Below, in pieces: positions 1 to 11,400 of a stretch of DNA of 64,000 nucleotides. The DNA lies in contig NC_068984.1 in NCBI RefSeq assembly GCF_001194135.2, positions 126,332,426-126,396,425 of the forward strand, in the 5' to 3' direction. The notes under the pieces are model-generated. The model was given only the letters and a program-made list of their open reading frames with translations, was not told the DNA's origin and did not search any database. Numbering within the stretch: the first letter of the stretch is position 1; each line of letters starts with the position of its first letter. Source of the DNA: Octopus bimaculoides (taxonomy: Eukaryota). The translations under genes and the position numbers were made by a program.

Positions 1-200
1 TCATTGAGTCCTTGAGCAAGACACTGTATTTCACTTTGCTCCAGTCCCACTCAGCTGGCAAAAATGAGTAGTACCTGTAATTCAGAGGGGACATTCTGTG
101 TCGTGCTGTGTTAAGGGTATGCATGTCTGTGGAGTACTCTGCCACTTGCACATTAATTTCATGAGATCAGATCAACTGGAACCTTCATTACCATAACCGG
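1..200 (+). mobile_element. 3' part of an old tRNA-derived SINE (family B)
   Basis: Shares ggaagtgctcagccacttgcacgttaatttcacgagc-like and gatcaactggaacc segments with the copies at 1585-1972, 6880-7190 and 32043-32402. Confidence 0.6.
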
Positions 201-348
201 CTGAAAGCCGAAACATACTACACAGTTCACATGGGCTGATATATGTTTGTTGTTCTACAGTTGCTCTCTGAACCGTTCGAATTCCAAGCTGACCTTACTC
301 TTCCTGTAGTCTAATCTATCACTTAGCTCACCATCATTAATGATTGTA

Positions 349-576
349 TTGGGTTGTCTGCAAAGTTTGTGCTGATTTTTAAAGGAAAGAAAAAGGTCAA
401 TAAATACTTGCGATTACATTTTTAATTAACCATATATAAACCATTTTGTTGCACAATGCATCTCCATCTTTCCTTTAACTTGAAAATACCCTCTTCCCAG
501 AATTGAGGTGGTTTCATGGCAAATAAGTCGAAAGGTAAGCTACTATAAATCGGCACGAACTTTCCGGACAACCCAA
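349..576 (-). mobile_element. Internally deleted mariner element (228 bp) retaining the transposase C-terminus
   Basis: 32-bp TIRs (ttgggttgtctgcaaagtttgtgctgattttt vs reverse complement ttgggttgtccggaaagttcgtgccgatttat, 5 mismatches), TA on both flanks (347-348, 577-578). The minus-strand peptide KPPQFWEEGIFKLKERWRCIVQQNGLY resembles the mariner C-terminal GIxKLxERWxxxxxxxGxY motif. Confidence 0.85.
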
Positions 577-1089
577 TATTTCCCAGAGAGGTAAAGTGGT
601 TTGTTTCTACCAGCTCCTTCCCTTTGATAATGGTGAACTCACTTGGCTGAGAAATAACAATTTCCATTCTACCAAATGTTCACTTTCAAGCTGAAATTTG
701 AGCTTGAACCATCAAAAGCATACACCAAGCATTTGGTAATATGGGTACAATTACCAGCAAACTATTGTCTTTTTCAATATTTCTGTGGTCTTAGTCTTAG
801 CTTCAAGGTGTAAACTTCATATAGGTTAACATCTTATCTTGTCCTACATGTCTACAACTTTAGTTGATTTGTTGAATGACTTCCTGACCATTGTTTTTTA
901 GGGATATATTTAGAACTCCATTATCAAGTCTGCCTTTTCCTTATTTAAGGTGGTAAAGTTTTAGTTGAGAGAAATTTGGCTGCTATTTCTAGCAGTTTGT
1001 ACAATTACATGGAGGCTCTCACATTGGCTCAAATGATGTTATAATATATTCAATATCATGTCAAATTGTAATAGTTTGGATACTACCCT

Positions 1090-2760
1090 GTAGTGTTTAC
1101 CCTTCTCCATTCTTGTAGTACTTCTATTTCTTTTCCTTATCATCCTTGCACCACTCTTCTATTACTCTTGTTTGATCTATTACTCATCCTCCCCCATTTT
1201 AGTCCTATTCTTCTTTTGGGTTACCTCTGTACATTTTCTGTGTTAGCCATCTTCTGCTCCTATTTTTATCTTGTTACCCATTTGTGCATGTATACTTCTG
1301 TTTGTATTCAATATTACCCCTGTTTCTCTCCTTTGGCGTTATCCTTGTTTCTCACTTGTATAAATCCTGTTCCTTTCCTATTCTACTGCCATTTGTTAGG
1401 AGAAGAACATGGATAAGACTGTGTTACACCTGTTCCGCTGATTAACTCCTTTATTTTTAAACCCCTTTCCTTATTCTTCTGCTTACCCCCCTTTTTTTTT
1501 TGCTGCTTCCTCTCTAATCTTTTGCTGTGTTCCTTCTAAACCTCTCTGTATTATCCCTGTTTCTGATTGCATTAATCCTATTCTTGTGGAGGCGCAATGG
1601 CCCAGTGGTTAGGGCAGCGGACTCGCGGTCATAGGATCGTGGTTTCGATTCCCAGACCGGGCGTTGTGAGTGTTTATTGAGCGAAAACACCTAAAGCTCC
1701 ACGAGTCTCCGGCAAGAGATGGTGGCGAACCCTGCTGTACTCTTCCACCACAACTTTCTCTCACTCTTACTTCCTGTTTCTGTTGTGCCTGTAATTCAAA
1801 GGGTCAGCCTTGTCACACTGTGTCATGCTGAATATCTCCGAGAACTACGTTAAGGGTACACTTGTCTGTGGAGTGCCCAGCCACTTGCACGTTAATTTCA
1901 CGAGCAGGCTGTTCCGTTGATCAGATCAACTGGAACCCTCGACGTCGTAAGTGACGGAGTGCTAACAACAACAATCCTATTCTCCACACATTTTACTCTT
2001 GGTCCTATCTGTATTAATTGTTTCTCGCCCATGTTACTTCTGTTCTTGTCCTGTAATAATTCTATTCCTCACATGTGTTTTTTCTACTCTTCTTATGTGT
2101 CACTGTTGTCCTTTTTCTGGTTTTCCATTCAGCCCTGTTGCATTACTCTGGCTATTTATATGTATTGCCTCTGTTCCACTCCTGTGTTACCCTGTCTTTC
2201 TCAGTGTTCCTATTTTTTCCACTTCTATGTTACCTTTGCTCAATTACCTTGTTACCCTTGCCCCACTTATGTATTAGGCTTGTTCCTCTCCTATGTGAAA
2301 TTGCTCTACTTTTGTGTTACTCTTTGCTCCACTCTTGTGTTACCTTTACTTCTTCCCTGTTAGTCTTGCCTCATTCCTGTTACCTTTGCCCTGCCCATAT
2401 GTTACTCTTTACTCCACTCCTCTTACCCTTGCTCCACTCGTGTTAACTTGCTTCACTCATGTGTTATTCTTGAATCACTCCTATTAACCTTGCTCCACTT
2501 ATGTGTTACCCTACTCCACTCATGTTACTGTTGCACCACTCCTGCTACTCTTGCTCCTCTCCAGTGTTACTCTTTACTCCACTCTTGTTACCCTTACTCA
2601 ATTCCCATGTTTCTCATTGCTCCACTTTTGTGTTATCCTTTGTCCTCCTTTTATGTTACTCTTTGTTCCACTCCTGTTCTTACCCTTTTCCTGTTTACAC
2701 TTGAATCCCTTCTGTATTATTTCTTTTTTTCTTTTATATTATCCTCATTTCACTTGCCCA
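1090..2760. repeat. Degenerate pyrimidine-rich minisatellite (~20-23 bp unit, consensus like gctccactcttgtgttaccctt), interrupted by a SINE
   Basis: Recurrent ctccactc / tgttacc units, clearest at 2320-2690. Confidence 0.7.
1585..1972 (+). mobile_element. Full-length tRNA-derived SINE (family B) with 11-bp TSD
   Basis: A box tggcccagtgg, B box gtttcgattcc, (aac)n tail, direct repeat aatcctattct at 1574-1584 and 1973-1983. Homologous copies at 32043 and 53931. Confidence 0.9.
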
Positions 2761-3039
2761 TCATCTGTTTTCTGTTCCTGCAATCACCCCATTTCTACTT
2801 ACAGCCTGCCTTAAACCCAGAAGGTCAAAGAACCTCTGACTATGTCTTTCTCAACAAATGGAAAGCTAAGAACCATCACTACATCCGTGGAGAAGTGGTC
2901 TCACTAATGTAAGTTGATACTTTCTTATGACTTCTCTTTCATACAAGTTCTATCATAGCTTAATTGACATTATAACTTTCATGTAATAAATTAGTGTGTC
3001 TTGACATATATTAACTGATGTCATAACATGTACTGTATC

Positions 3040-3720
3040 CTAATTATCCTAATTCATGTTAAAATATTTTCTGTGCCATAATTGATGCTTTGACACCTGT
3101 TATACTTTAACTAATGTCAGAACACTCACCATGATGTCAGAACACTTGCCATGTCTCAACTAATGTTATAATATCTATTATATCATGACTGATGTATTAA
3201 TATCTATCATATTTTATCTGTTGTCATAACTTTTATTATTTTATATTGGCTATCATAGCACTGACCACAACTCAACTGATGTCATATTACACACCATATC
3301 ATAACTGATGTCATGACATTTTATCTGCTGTCATAACATCTATATGTCTTAACCAATGTCATAAAGTCTACTCTATCATAACTGATGTCTTGGTATTTAT
3401 AAAATTTTGGAGGGTGCCATAAACATTGTCATTTCATAAATGATGTTATACACTAAATTATAAATGCTATAATATCTAGTATATCGTAACACATATAATG
3501 CCTGTCATGTCACAATTGTTGGCATAACACATTGTAACTGATATAATACCTTTTTTTCAGACCTGTATTGTAACTGATATCCTACCATTTATCTATCACA
3601 ATTACTATTTTAATACCCATCATATTGTAACAGTTGTTATAACTTTTTCATGTCATAACTGATATCATAATACCTGCCATGTTATAACTTATGTAAGTGG
3701 TATAATATCTGGTGTGCTTC
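3040..3720. repeat. Degenerate tandem repeat built on cataactgatgtcata
   Basis: The motif aactgat(g/a)tcat recurs many times here and again at 4930-5110. Confidence 0.6.
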
Positions 3721-5488
3721 AGCATCTGTCAATTTAGCCATGTTATAACTAACTGATCTAATGTGGTGATTGTTTATCACCATCATCATTGTCATTGTCA
3801 CAGTCAGCATCATCATCATCACTACCACCACCACCACCATCATCATTTGTCTGTTCACTGTGTTGACATGGGTTTGATAGGTCATTATAGTTTGAGTCCT
3901 TATTGTGAGTTACTGCTTCCACAGATGGGTTGGAGGATCATATCTTGCCTGTATGTTTAATTTTTGGTTTAGTTTAATATCTGGATGCTACTCCTGTTAC
4001 CACCCACTTTATTGAATGTACTTGGTGTATTTTATCATGGCACCAGCATTAGAGAGGTTATCATGTCTTTGACAAGACACGACTAAAGGGTTTTCTGGAT
4101 TCTATAGTCTCTCCATGTTGGGGGCATTTTATTGTGACTCCAACACCAGTGAGATTACCTCGTACCCTGAAAGACATGAGTCCACATAACTCTTTGTCAC
4201 TGTTCTAAGCAATGAGATCATAGTGTGGGTAAAGATGATGATTGCTGAAGTTTGAGAAAGAGGTGTGTGTATGAAGCAGGAAAATAAAATGATTGAGCTG
4301 AATGATAGAAAAAGAGACTGAAATGGGAAAAACAGTAATGAGAGAGAGAGAGAGAGAGAAACTAATGGAAGCTACATGGTTGCTGGTAAAAGAGATAGTG
4401 AGTGATAGATTGTCATGGAAATGGGTAAAGGTAAGAGAGTGTGATGGATATCAACATGAGTGACCTTGGGAGAGAAAGTGGGAATGGTAGCTAGCAGTAT
4501 ATATAGAGAGAGTGTGTGTGTAATGGGTAGTCAGAATAATGGTGGTAAGGGAATAATATCACCCGAGAGAGTGACCTGAGGGAAGGGGAATGATGACAAG
4601 CATTACAGGAGGGTAAATGACAAGATGTATTGGATACTAACAGAGATAATGTAATCTTTTGTTACTCAGGTAGAAAGATGAGAGAGAGAGAGAGAGACAA
4701 GTAGTGAGATATGGATGGTGGTAGAGGAGATTGCATATGAATAGATCTAAAATTTTCCTTCATTACAGGTGACATAGCACAGTGAACAAGAGGGTGGATG
4801 ATAAATGGAAAGATATTGAATAGCAGAAAGGGTAGAAGATGAAGACTTATAGAATCGGCAAAAGGTCTTAGTACAGATCTATATATATCCTCATCTTCTT
4901 GACCAATGCTGCAATATCTGCTTCTTGCAGCATATACAATGTCTACCATGCTATAATTGATGTCATAACATTTACTATTCTGTAATGCAGTGTTAAATTA
5001 TCCGATATGTTGTGACTGATGTCATAATCTCGCTTCTATCACAACTGATATCATAATGTCTTTCATACTGAACTGATATCATTGCATTTATCATATTATA
5101 ACCAATATCATAATTTTTACTGTTTTAACACATGAATATGATGAGCCAATGAGAGAGCCTGTGTAGTCATGTGACATGATAGAAATGGTAAAAAATTTTC
5201 CTCAGATTGTACCTCTATCAGCGTTAAAAAAAAAAAAAAGAAGAAATATCAAGGACACATTAGATAATTTAGTTATGGATAACCAAAAGGGTTGGTGGTC
5301 ACAAGTGGAACATCTTTGATCATAGATCTGCTCAACAAAAACAACAAACATGATGACAAGCACTAAATATACATACATCTTGTATTAAAACGTAAGTCAT
5401 ATATTCTGCTCTCTTATGACAATACAAGCTGGTTATTAATACTGTTGAAATGGCATCTTTGGCAATAAGATTATTAACTTCATTATGA

Positions 5489-5871
5489 TCTTTTATCTTT
5501 TACATGTTTCAGTAATTAGATTGTGGCCATGCTGGGGCATTGCCTTAAGGAATTTTCAGTTGAATGAATCAACACAAGTACTTATTTTTTGTTAAGCTTG
5601 GTACTTATTCTATTGGTCTCTTTTGCTGAACCACTGACTTACAGGGGATGTAAATACACCAACACTGGTTGTCAAGTGGTAGTGGAAGACACACACACAC
5701 ACACACACACACAACAGGCTTCTTTCAGTTTTCATCAACCAACTGCACTCACAAGGCTTTGGTCAGCTTGAAGCTATAGTAGAAACACTTGCCCAAGGTG
5801 TCACAGTGGGACTGAACTCAGAACTATGTGGTTGGGAAGTAAGCTTTTTGCCACACAGCCATGCCTGCGCC
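5489..5871 (-). mobile_element. tRNA-derived SINE with internal microsatellite (family A)
   Basis: Reverse-complement match to the copy at 55041-55479 (head ggctgtgtgg, core ccttgggcaagtg, tail gaaacaagtaaaaga). Confidence 0.85.
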
Positions 5872-6335
5872 AATGATATAAATATAAGTCATTGGAGTCT
5901 CGAATAAAATGCATTGTGATATTGATCCTGGCTCCTTGCATTCTGATTTCAAATCCTGCCAAGGTCAACTTAGTCTTTCGTCTATCAGGGCTTCATTGAA
6001 AAAAAGAAGAAAAAAGAATCAATTCTAGAGTAGTGGATTGGGGGAACTCTTGGAGTGTCCACCAGGATGCCTTATGGTATTTGTTCCATCTGTTTGCATC
6101 ATGAATTCAAATCCCATAGTAGCTTATGGGGTTGCTAGATTTACTCTGCTATCTGGTTTAATATTTACAAACTAGCTTTTGAATCTTCTGTTGAGGAGTT
6201 TACTCTCGTGCAAATATTCAGGGCTGGTCCCTGGTTTGAAGATTCCTTCTTGCTTTCTCTTCACCCATTTTAAAGGTCCTGAAAAGGGCCGTGAGCACTG
6301 TTTTCCTTCCTAATTGATAAAAAAACAGTCCACTT

Positions 6336-6724
6336 GGGCATGGCTGTGCGATTAAGAAGCTCGCTTTGCAACTCTGTGGTTTCAGGTTCAGTCCCACTGC
6401 ACAGCACCTTGGGCAAGTGTCTTCTACTATAGCTCTAACCAATGTTTGTGAGTGAATTTGGTGGATGGAAACTGTGTGAAACCCTGCCTTATATACATAT
6501 TTGTGTGTATATGTCTTTGTATTAATGTTTGTCTCCCCACCACTTGACAATCAATGTTGGTTTGTTTACATCCCTGTAACTTAACAGTTTGGCACAAGAG
6601 ACCAACAAAGTAAGTACCAGACTTAAAAATAAAAATAAATTTTGGGGTTGATTAGTTCAACTAAATCCTTCAAGTTGGTGCCCCAGCATAGCTACAATCT
6701 TGTGACTGAAACAAGTGAAAGATA
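6336..6724 (+). mobile_element. SINE family A
   Basis: Head ggcatggctgtg, ggttcagtcccactg, caccttgggcaagtgtcttctactatagc, internal TA/TG tract, tail gactgaaacaagt. Confidence 0.85.
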
Positions 6725-6879
6725 ACAGTTAGAGATATTGTTTAAGATATTGTTTAAGATGCCAGCTGACTAGTATTCAAATATTAACACTGGCATTTAA
6801 GATAAAAAGCTTACCAATGTTTTGGTGACCATCATATTTGTTAAGTTGTTAGCACATTTATGTTTAGGTGAAGGTGTGT

Positions 6880-7190
6880 GGCTAAGTGGTTAGGGTATGC
6901 GGCTCACAATCATAAGGTCATGAGTTCGAAAACCAGTGGGGCATTGTGTCCTTGAACAAAATGCTTTATTTCACATTGCTGCAGTCCACTCAGCTGGTAA
7001 GAATGAGTAGTACCTGTAATTCAAGGGGCCAGCCTTGTCACATTCTTTGTCACACTGAATTTCCCTGAGGACCATGTTAAGGGTACACGTGTCTGTGGAG
7101 TGCTCAGCCACTTGCACATTAATTTCATGAGCAGGCTGTTCTGTTGATTGGATCAACTGGAACCCTTGTCATCATAACTGATGCAGTGCT
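6880..7190 (+). mobile_element. Older SINE family B copy
   Basis: tggctaagtggttaggg / gagttcga head, gtgtccttgaacaa core, 3' half matching 1790-1940. Confidence 0.75.
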
Positions 7191-7220
7191 AGTTTCGGTT
7201 GTCAGCATTGCAGTGTTTGG

Positions 7221-7441
7221 CCCTTTAATATTCAAACTGGCCATATCAGGCCCAAATATTCTACCTATTTTATGTTCAAATTGACCAGATCATGGCCTCT
7301 CACACCTACCCTACAATGTGATTCTAAAAATATACAATTACATCATCAAAATCTCAAAGCTACAAGATAATGCATGATTAACTCAAAACAATATGAATAA
7401 CGAAGCATTACATTTGACAGAGTAATATGAATACTAAAGGG
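7221..7441. mobile_element. piggyBac-like MITE (~220 bp)
   Basis: Ends ccctttaatattca...tgaatactaaaggg followed by TTAA. Same family at 21816, 48713 and 49606. Confidence 0.75.
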
Positions 7442-7499
7442 TTAAGTTTCCAGTACACTGATGTTTAATTTGTCAATACATTCGTGTTTAAACATAAAC

Positions 7500-8050
7500 A
7501 TATATCACAGCACTGATAACATAATGTTTAGGTAGATTGTCAGTACACTTCTCGTGGATGTTGACTCCAAATCGAGAACAAATTTCCCTCTAGGCTGTAC
7601 GAGATAACATTGCACATGTCAGCTCTGAGACAGCGCACAGTCCTGTGTCCCACATAAATTCACAAACATATGTCACGTGGGCCTGACCACTAGGCTTGAA
7701 CCTCCCCAATGGGTTACAGAAAAAAGTGCAGTGACAGTACACTAGTATCTAAATTGTTAGCACACTGGTGGTTACATTGTAAGCACTTTGTTGTCACAGT
7801 TATTAGTTCACTAGTGTTTAGGTTATCAACATATTGTGTTTAGATTCTCAATTGACCAGTGTTTAAGTAGGCATAACTTTAAGTGTTTAAGAAGCCAGTA
7901 CACTTGTGTTTAGGTCATCAGGACTGGTCTCTAGTTTATTGGCATGCTAATGTTTAGGTTGTCGAGACACAATATTTAGGTTATCAATTGACCAGTATTT
8001 AAGTAGTTATAATATTAGCATTCAACTTGTCAGCATGCTAACATTTAGGC
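7500..8050. repeat. Degenerate tandem repeat (tgtttagg-tt(a/g)tca units)
   Basis: Repeated tgtttaggtt / tatttagg motifs between the MITE and the LRRN 3' UTR. Confidence 0.5.
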
Positions 8051-8143
8051 TATCATCTAACATCTCAGATGCTAACTTGAGATAAAAAAAAAAGGAATGT
8101 ACAACTGCTAGAAAAAAGATCCAAGAAGATTTAGAAGAAAATC

Positions 8144-8252
8144 TTTATTCATATATATATATTTTTTTATCAGATGAAGAAATAGTTTGGTACATGTATT
8201 TAGTTACATAGATTGCTTTTTATGGGACATTACAAACAAAACACATTTTATT
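8144..8252 (-). terminator. Candidate polyadenylation signals for the LRRN-like gene
   Basis: AATAAA on the minus strand at 8247-8252 and 8144-8149, 105-210 nt past the stop codon. Not distinguishable from chance in AT-rich DNA. Confidence 0.3.
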
Positions 8253-8356
8253 ATTGCCTTGATTTATAGCTTTGCATTGAAGGTTTTGGAAAATTTGGTG
8301 CGTTCTTTAGAAAATTTCACATGGAGTTTTATGAACTTTGGGAAATTTTGAAATGG

Positions 8357-10510
8357 TCAAGCTTGAGAATGTGAGATGAGAGATGTCCTTGATGAACAGA
8401 TTGGTGTGCTGGGAGGATGGTAAAGATTTTCCAGAGGAATATGGGACAGAGGCTCCATTCTGTCATGACCGAATGGTTCTTCATATTCTTTTCTTTTCCG
8501 GAAGCGCTTGGCAACTGCAATGAAGCAGATGACTGTAAGTGTGACACTAATTGCCACAATAATTCCCATCACCACCTTGACATCTACAATTTTGGTAATA
8601 CCAGATTTATCTCCTTCAAGTTTTGTCGTTACATTTATACAATGAAGTTTTAACAGTTCTGAGTTGATTTGGTATAAAATACACAACTCATACATGGTAT
8701 GTGGCTTCAGTCCTGTTATTGTGCAACGATGCATGCGTGATTTCAGGTAAATAACATTGTACTCGCTGTCTTTGACACTTTCCTTGTAGTGGATTTGATA
8801 TTTGTCCAGTAGCATGAGTGACTCACTTCCATTGAGAATGATTGTGATGTACGTATTGGAAGTCTTGCCAGTTATAATGTTTAGCCGACCTGACAGGACT
8901 TCAACTGACGCAGATCTTGTGTCATTACCCTTGATATTTTCCGCAACACATTTGTAACTCCCTGAATTGTTGAGACGTGCAAATCGGACGTAGTATAGAC
9001 CATTATTGATTTCAGCTTGTTTTTCCGGATTAGTTTGGTTCTTTTTGGCTCCTTTGCCCACTAACCAATGGATTTGCGGCAGGGGTACACCGATGGCTAA
9101 ACATTCTAGTGAAATCGGTTCCCCTATAGAAGTTTCAAAGTGTTTTGGAAATGAAGGAAGTGTTGTCGGAGGACAGGATTCTGGGATTTCATTCATACGG
9201 ATCTCACTCAGCAGTGTTTTGTTGTTTGAGAAATCACAGATGATTTTGTTAGCATCGTGGAACTGTATTCTGCTTTTGTTACCAGTGCTAGCTAGTTCCT
9301 TTATGATCCAGTGGATATTACAGTCACACCTCAGTGGGTTGTGATACAAGTGAATGTTAGTGCAATTTGGAAGGCTTGCTTTTAGCGTGTAAGGTAGTGC
9401 CCACAACTTGTTATTGTGCAGATAGAGTTTCTGGAGATTCGGCACCTGGCTGAAGGCATTTGGATGGATGAAGAGCAAATTTTTATTATCATGCATTTGC
9501 AGGATAGTCAGTTTTGGCAGGTGGTGGAATGAATTGTTTTGAATACTTTTCAGAAGGGGTAAAAAACTTAGTGATAGCTCACTTATGTTGAGATGGTGAA
9601 ATTCCTCTGACTTTACCGTTTCAAAAGAGTTTGCATCTAATATCAAAATATCCAGGCTGGGCAAAAATCTTATCTCCTGTGAAGGGATATTAGTAAGTCG
9701 GTTATTGGACAGATTTAACACACACAGTTTACTCAACCCTCGGAAAGCATTTACTTCTATCACTCTGATTTGGTTGCCAGTTAAATTAAGGGTTGAAAGA
9801 AGTGGCAACTCTCTGAATAGATCATCGGTCAGCTTTCTCAGATCATTCTTTGATAAAAGGAGCTCACTAACAGATTTGATTCTCTGAAACCAGTCAGGGT
9901 TCACTGATGTTAATCCGTTACCATCTAAATTTAAGACTTGAAGATTGTTCAGTCCTCCAAATGCATCTTTTTCAATTAAATGCAGCCGGTTATAAGACAA
10001 GTCTAATACCCTCAGGTTTTTCAGTCCTGTGAAAGCACCATCCTGCAAAGTTTTTAATAAATTATTATGTAAATTTAATTCTTCAAGTAATCCATAAAGG
10101 AAGAACTGCCAGTGACTGTTAAATTTACTAATCTGGCTGGAGGAGAGATCAAGAATTTTCAGATTTTTCAGGTGAGGTAATTCTTGGACAATTTTAAATT
10201 TGTTTTTGGACAATAGAAAAGCTTGTGCTAAGTTATTGGAGATATTTGGCATTGAAACCAAATTGATGTTACTGCAGTTAATTGTTTTTAGATTCTTATA
10301 GTTGGCATAAGAAACCACATCACATGTGCAGTTTATTGCACAATGTGTTGTCCATGGACTTCTTAGTGGATTATCTCGGATTGGCTGCGGATTGGGTGCC
10401 AGCACTTGGTTGCTGGTAATGTTGTCTCTATTGCTCGTAATTCCATGGACAGAATTGATAATGGTAATGAGTGAAAGCACACCTAACAGACTGTATACAG
10501 GTGACCTCAT
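8357..10510 (-). CDS. LRRN1: Leucine-rich repeat neuronal protein (LRRN1/2/3, NLRR family)-like type I membrane protein, 717 aa, single coding exon
   Basis: Signal peptide; LRRNT (CAINCTC...TINCS); ~13 LxxLxLxxN repeats; LRRCT (HNPLRCDCNIHWI); Ig domain (ISLECLAIGVPLPQIHW...GSYKCVAEN); FN3 (ITGLKPHTMYELCI...CINVTTK); TM VVMGIIVAISVTLTVICFIAVA; basic stop-transfer KRFRKRK; tail SHIPLENLYHP resembling the vertebrate LRRN SSIPLNELYPP motif. The symbol marks family membership, not 1:1 orthology. Confidence 0.93.
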   Translation of the reverse strand: MRSPVYSLLGVLSLITIINSVHGITSNRDNITSNQVLAPNPQPIRDNPLRSPWTTHCAINCTCDVVSYANYKNLKTINCSNINLVSMPNISNNLAQAFLLSKNKFKIVQELPHLKNLKILDLSSSQISKFNSHWQFFLYGLLEELNLHNNLLKTLQDGAFTGLKNLRVLDLSYNRLHLIEKDAFGGLNNLQVLNLDGNGLTSVNPDWFQRIKSVSELLLSKNDLRKLTDDLFRELPLLSTLNLTGNQIRVIEVNAFRGLSKLCVLNLSNNRLTNIPSQEIRFLPSLDILILDANSFETVKSEEFHHLNISELSLSFLPLLKSIQNNSFHHLPKLTILQMHDNKNLLFIHPNAFSQVPNLQKLYLHNNKLWALPYTLKASLPNCTNIHLYHNPLRCDCNIHWIIKELASTGNKSRIQFHDANKIICDFSNNKTLLSEIRMNEIPESCPPTTLPSFPKHFETSIGEPISLECLAIGVPLPQIHWLVGKGAKKNQTNPEKQAEINNGLYYVRFARLNNSGSYKCVAENIKGNDTRSASVEVLSGRLNIITGKTSNTYITIILNGSESLMLLDKYQIHYKESVKDSEYNVIYLKSRMHRCTITGLKPHTMYELCILYQINSELLKLHCINVTTKLEGDKSGITKIVDVKVVMGIIVAISVTLTVICFIAVAKRFRKRKEYEEPFGHDRMEPLSHIPLENLYHPPSTPICSSRTSLISHSQA

Positions 10511-10652
10511 TCTTCATTCTATGCTGACTTGAATTGAATGATAAAACCATAAATCGGACAGTGTTGCATGCTGCTACTCTTTGGATTACTGCTTCACACC
10601 AGGCGAGAGATTTTCTCTTGTGCAGCCATCATCTCTTGTAACCATAGAATAT

Positions 10653-10680
10653 CTGTAATAAACACAAATAACAGAAATCA
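10653..10680 (-). promoter_or_regulatory. Splice acceptor preceding the LRRN coding exon
   Basis: Minus strand reads tttctgttatttgtgtttattacAG|atattc, a pyrimidine-rich tract plus CAG 142 nt upstream of the ATG. Confidence 0.65.
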
Positions 10681-11084
10681 GTAAAGAAATATAGATTTAC
10701 ACTGATATAAATATTTAATACCTTGTACACTATATACCCCATATACAACATACACTCAACTGAATCTTTCAAACAACATTCACATAATCCAATACTCTTT
10801 TCTAGTAACTGTATCCAAGACTTGAGTTATCCAATATATTGAATATATATTTTTCAGTGTAGAGAGATTTGGCTGTTATATTTAGCAAGTTGAGCAATGC
10901 ATTTGCAAAAAACATATCCCATAAGGCAACATAAAACACAAACCCAATAACACACAGTAAAAGCCAACCTGAGAGAAACCAGAGATAACTTCAAACACTA
11001 CACCAATACCACATAACCGAATGAAACACACATGTACACACATGGAAAAAATAAAATAATAATAATAAAACAAACCCCGGTTCC

Positions 11085-11400
11085 GGGTTCAGTCCCACTG
11101 CGTGGCACCTTTGGCAAGTGCTTTCTACTATAGCCTTGGGCCAACCAAAGCCTTGTGAGTGGATTTGGTAGATGGAAACTGAAAGAACCGTTGTATGTAT
11201 GTATATATATATATATATGTATGTATTTGTGTGTCTGTGTTTGTCACCCCACCATCACTTGACAACTGATGTTGGTGTGTTTACGTCCCCGTAACTTAGT
11301 GGTTCGGCAAAAGAGACCAATAGCATAAGTACTAGGCTTACAAAGAATAAGTCCTGGGGTCAATTTGTTTGACTGGTACAGTCATGGGCAAACTGTGGCC
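11085..11400 (+). mobile_element. SINE family A, running into an assembly gap
   Basis: ggttccgggttcagtcccactgcgtggcacc...aagtactaggcttacaaagaataagtcctggggtc. Confidence 0.85.

Noticed and set aside
1586-1665. tRNA-like heads of SINE families A, B and C as tRNA genes
   Set aside because: A and B boxes are present but there is no complete cloverleaf, and each continues into multicopy SINE body and tail.
1917-2912. Cluster of overlapping L/C/P/S-rich ORFs
   Set aside because: By-product of a stop-poor pyrimidine-rich minisatellite; no domain signature.
3682-3960. Poly-His / poly-Met-Val ORFs
   Set aside because: Translations of a (CAT/CAC)n microsatellite.
8417-10532. Plus-strand ORFs antisense to LRRN (8417-8653, 9006-9344, 9705-9887, 10326-10532)
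   Set aside because: Short shadow ORFs opposite a real CDS.
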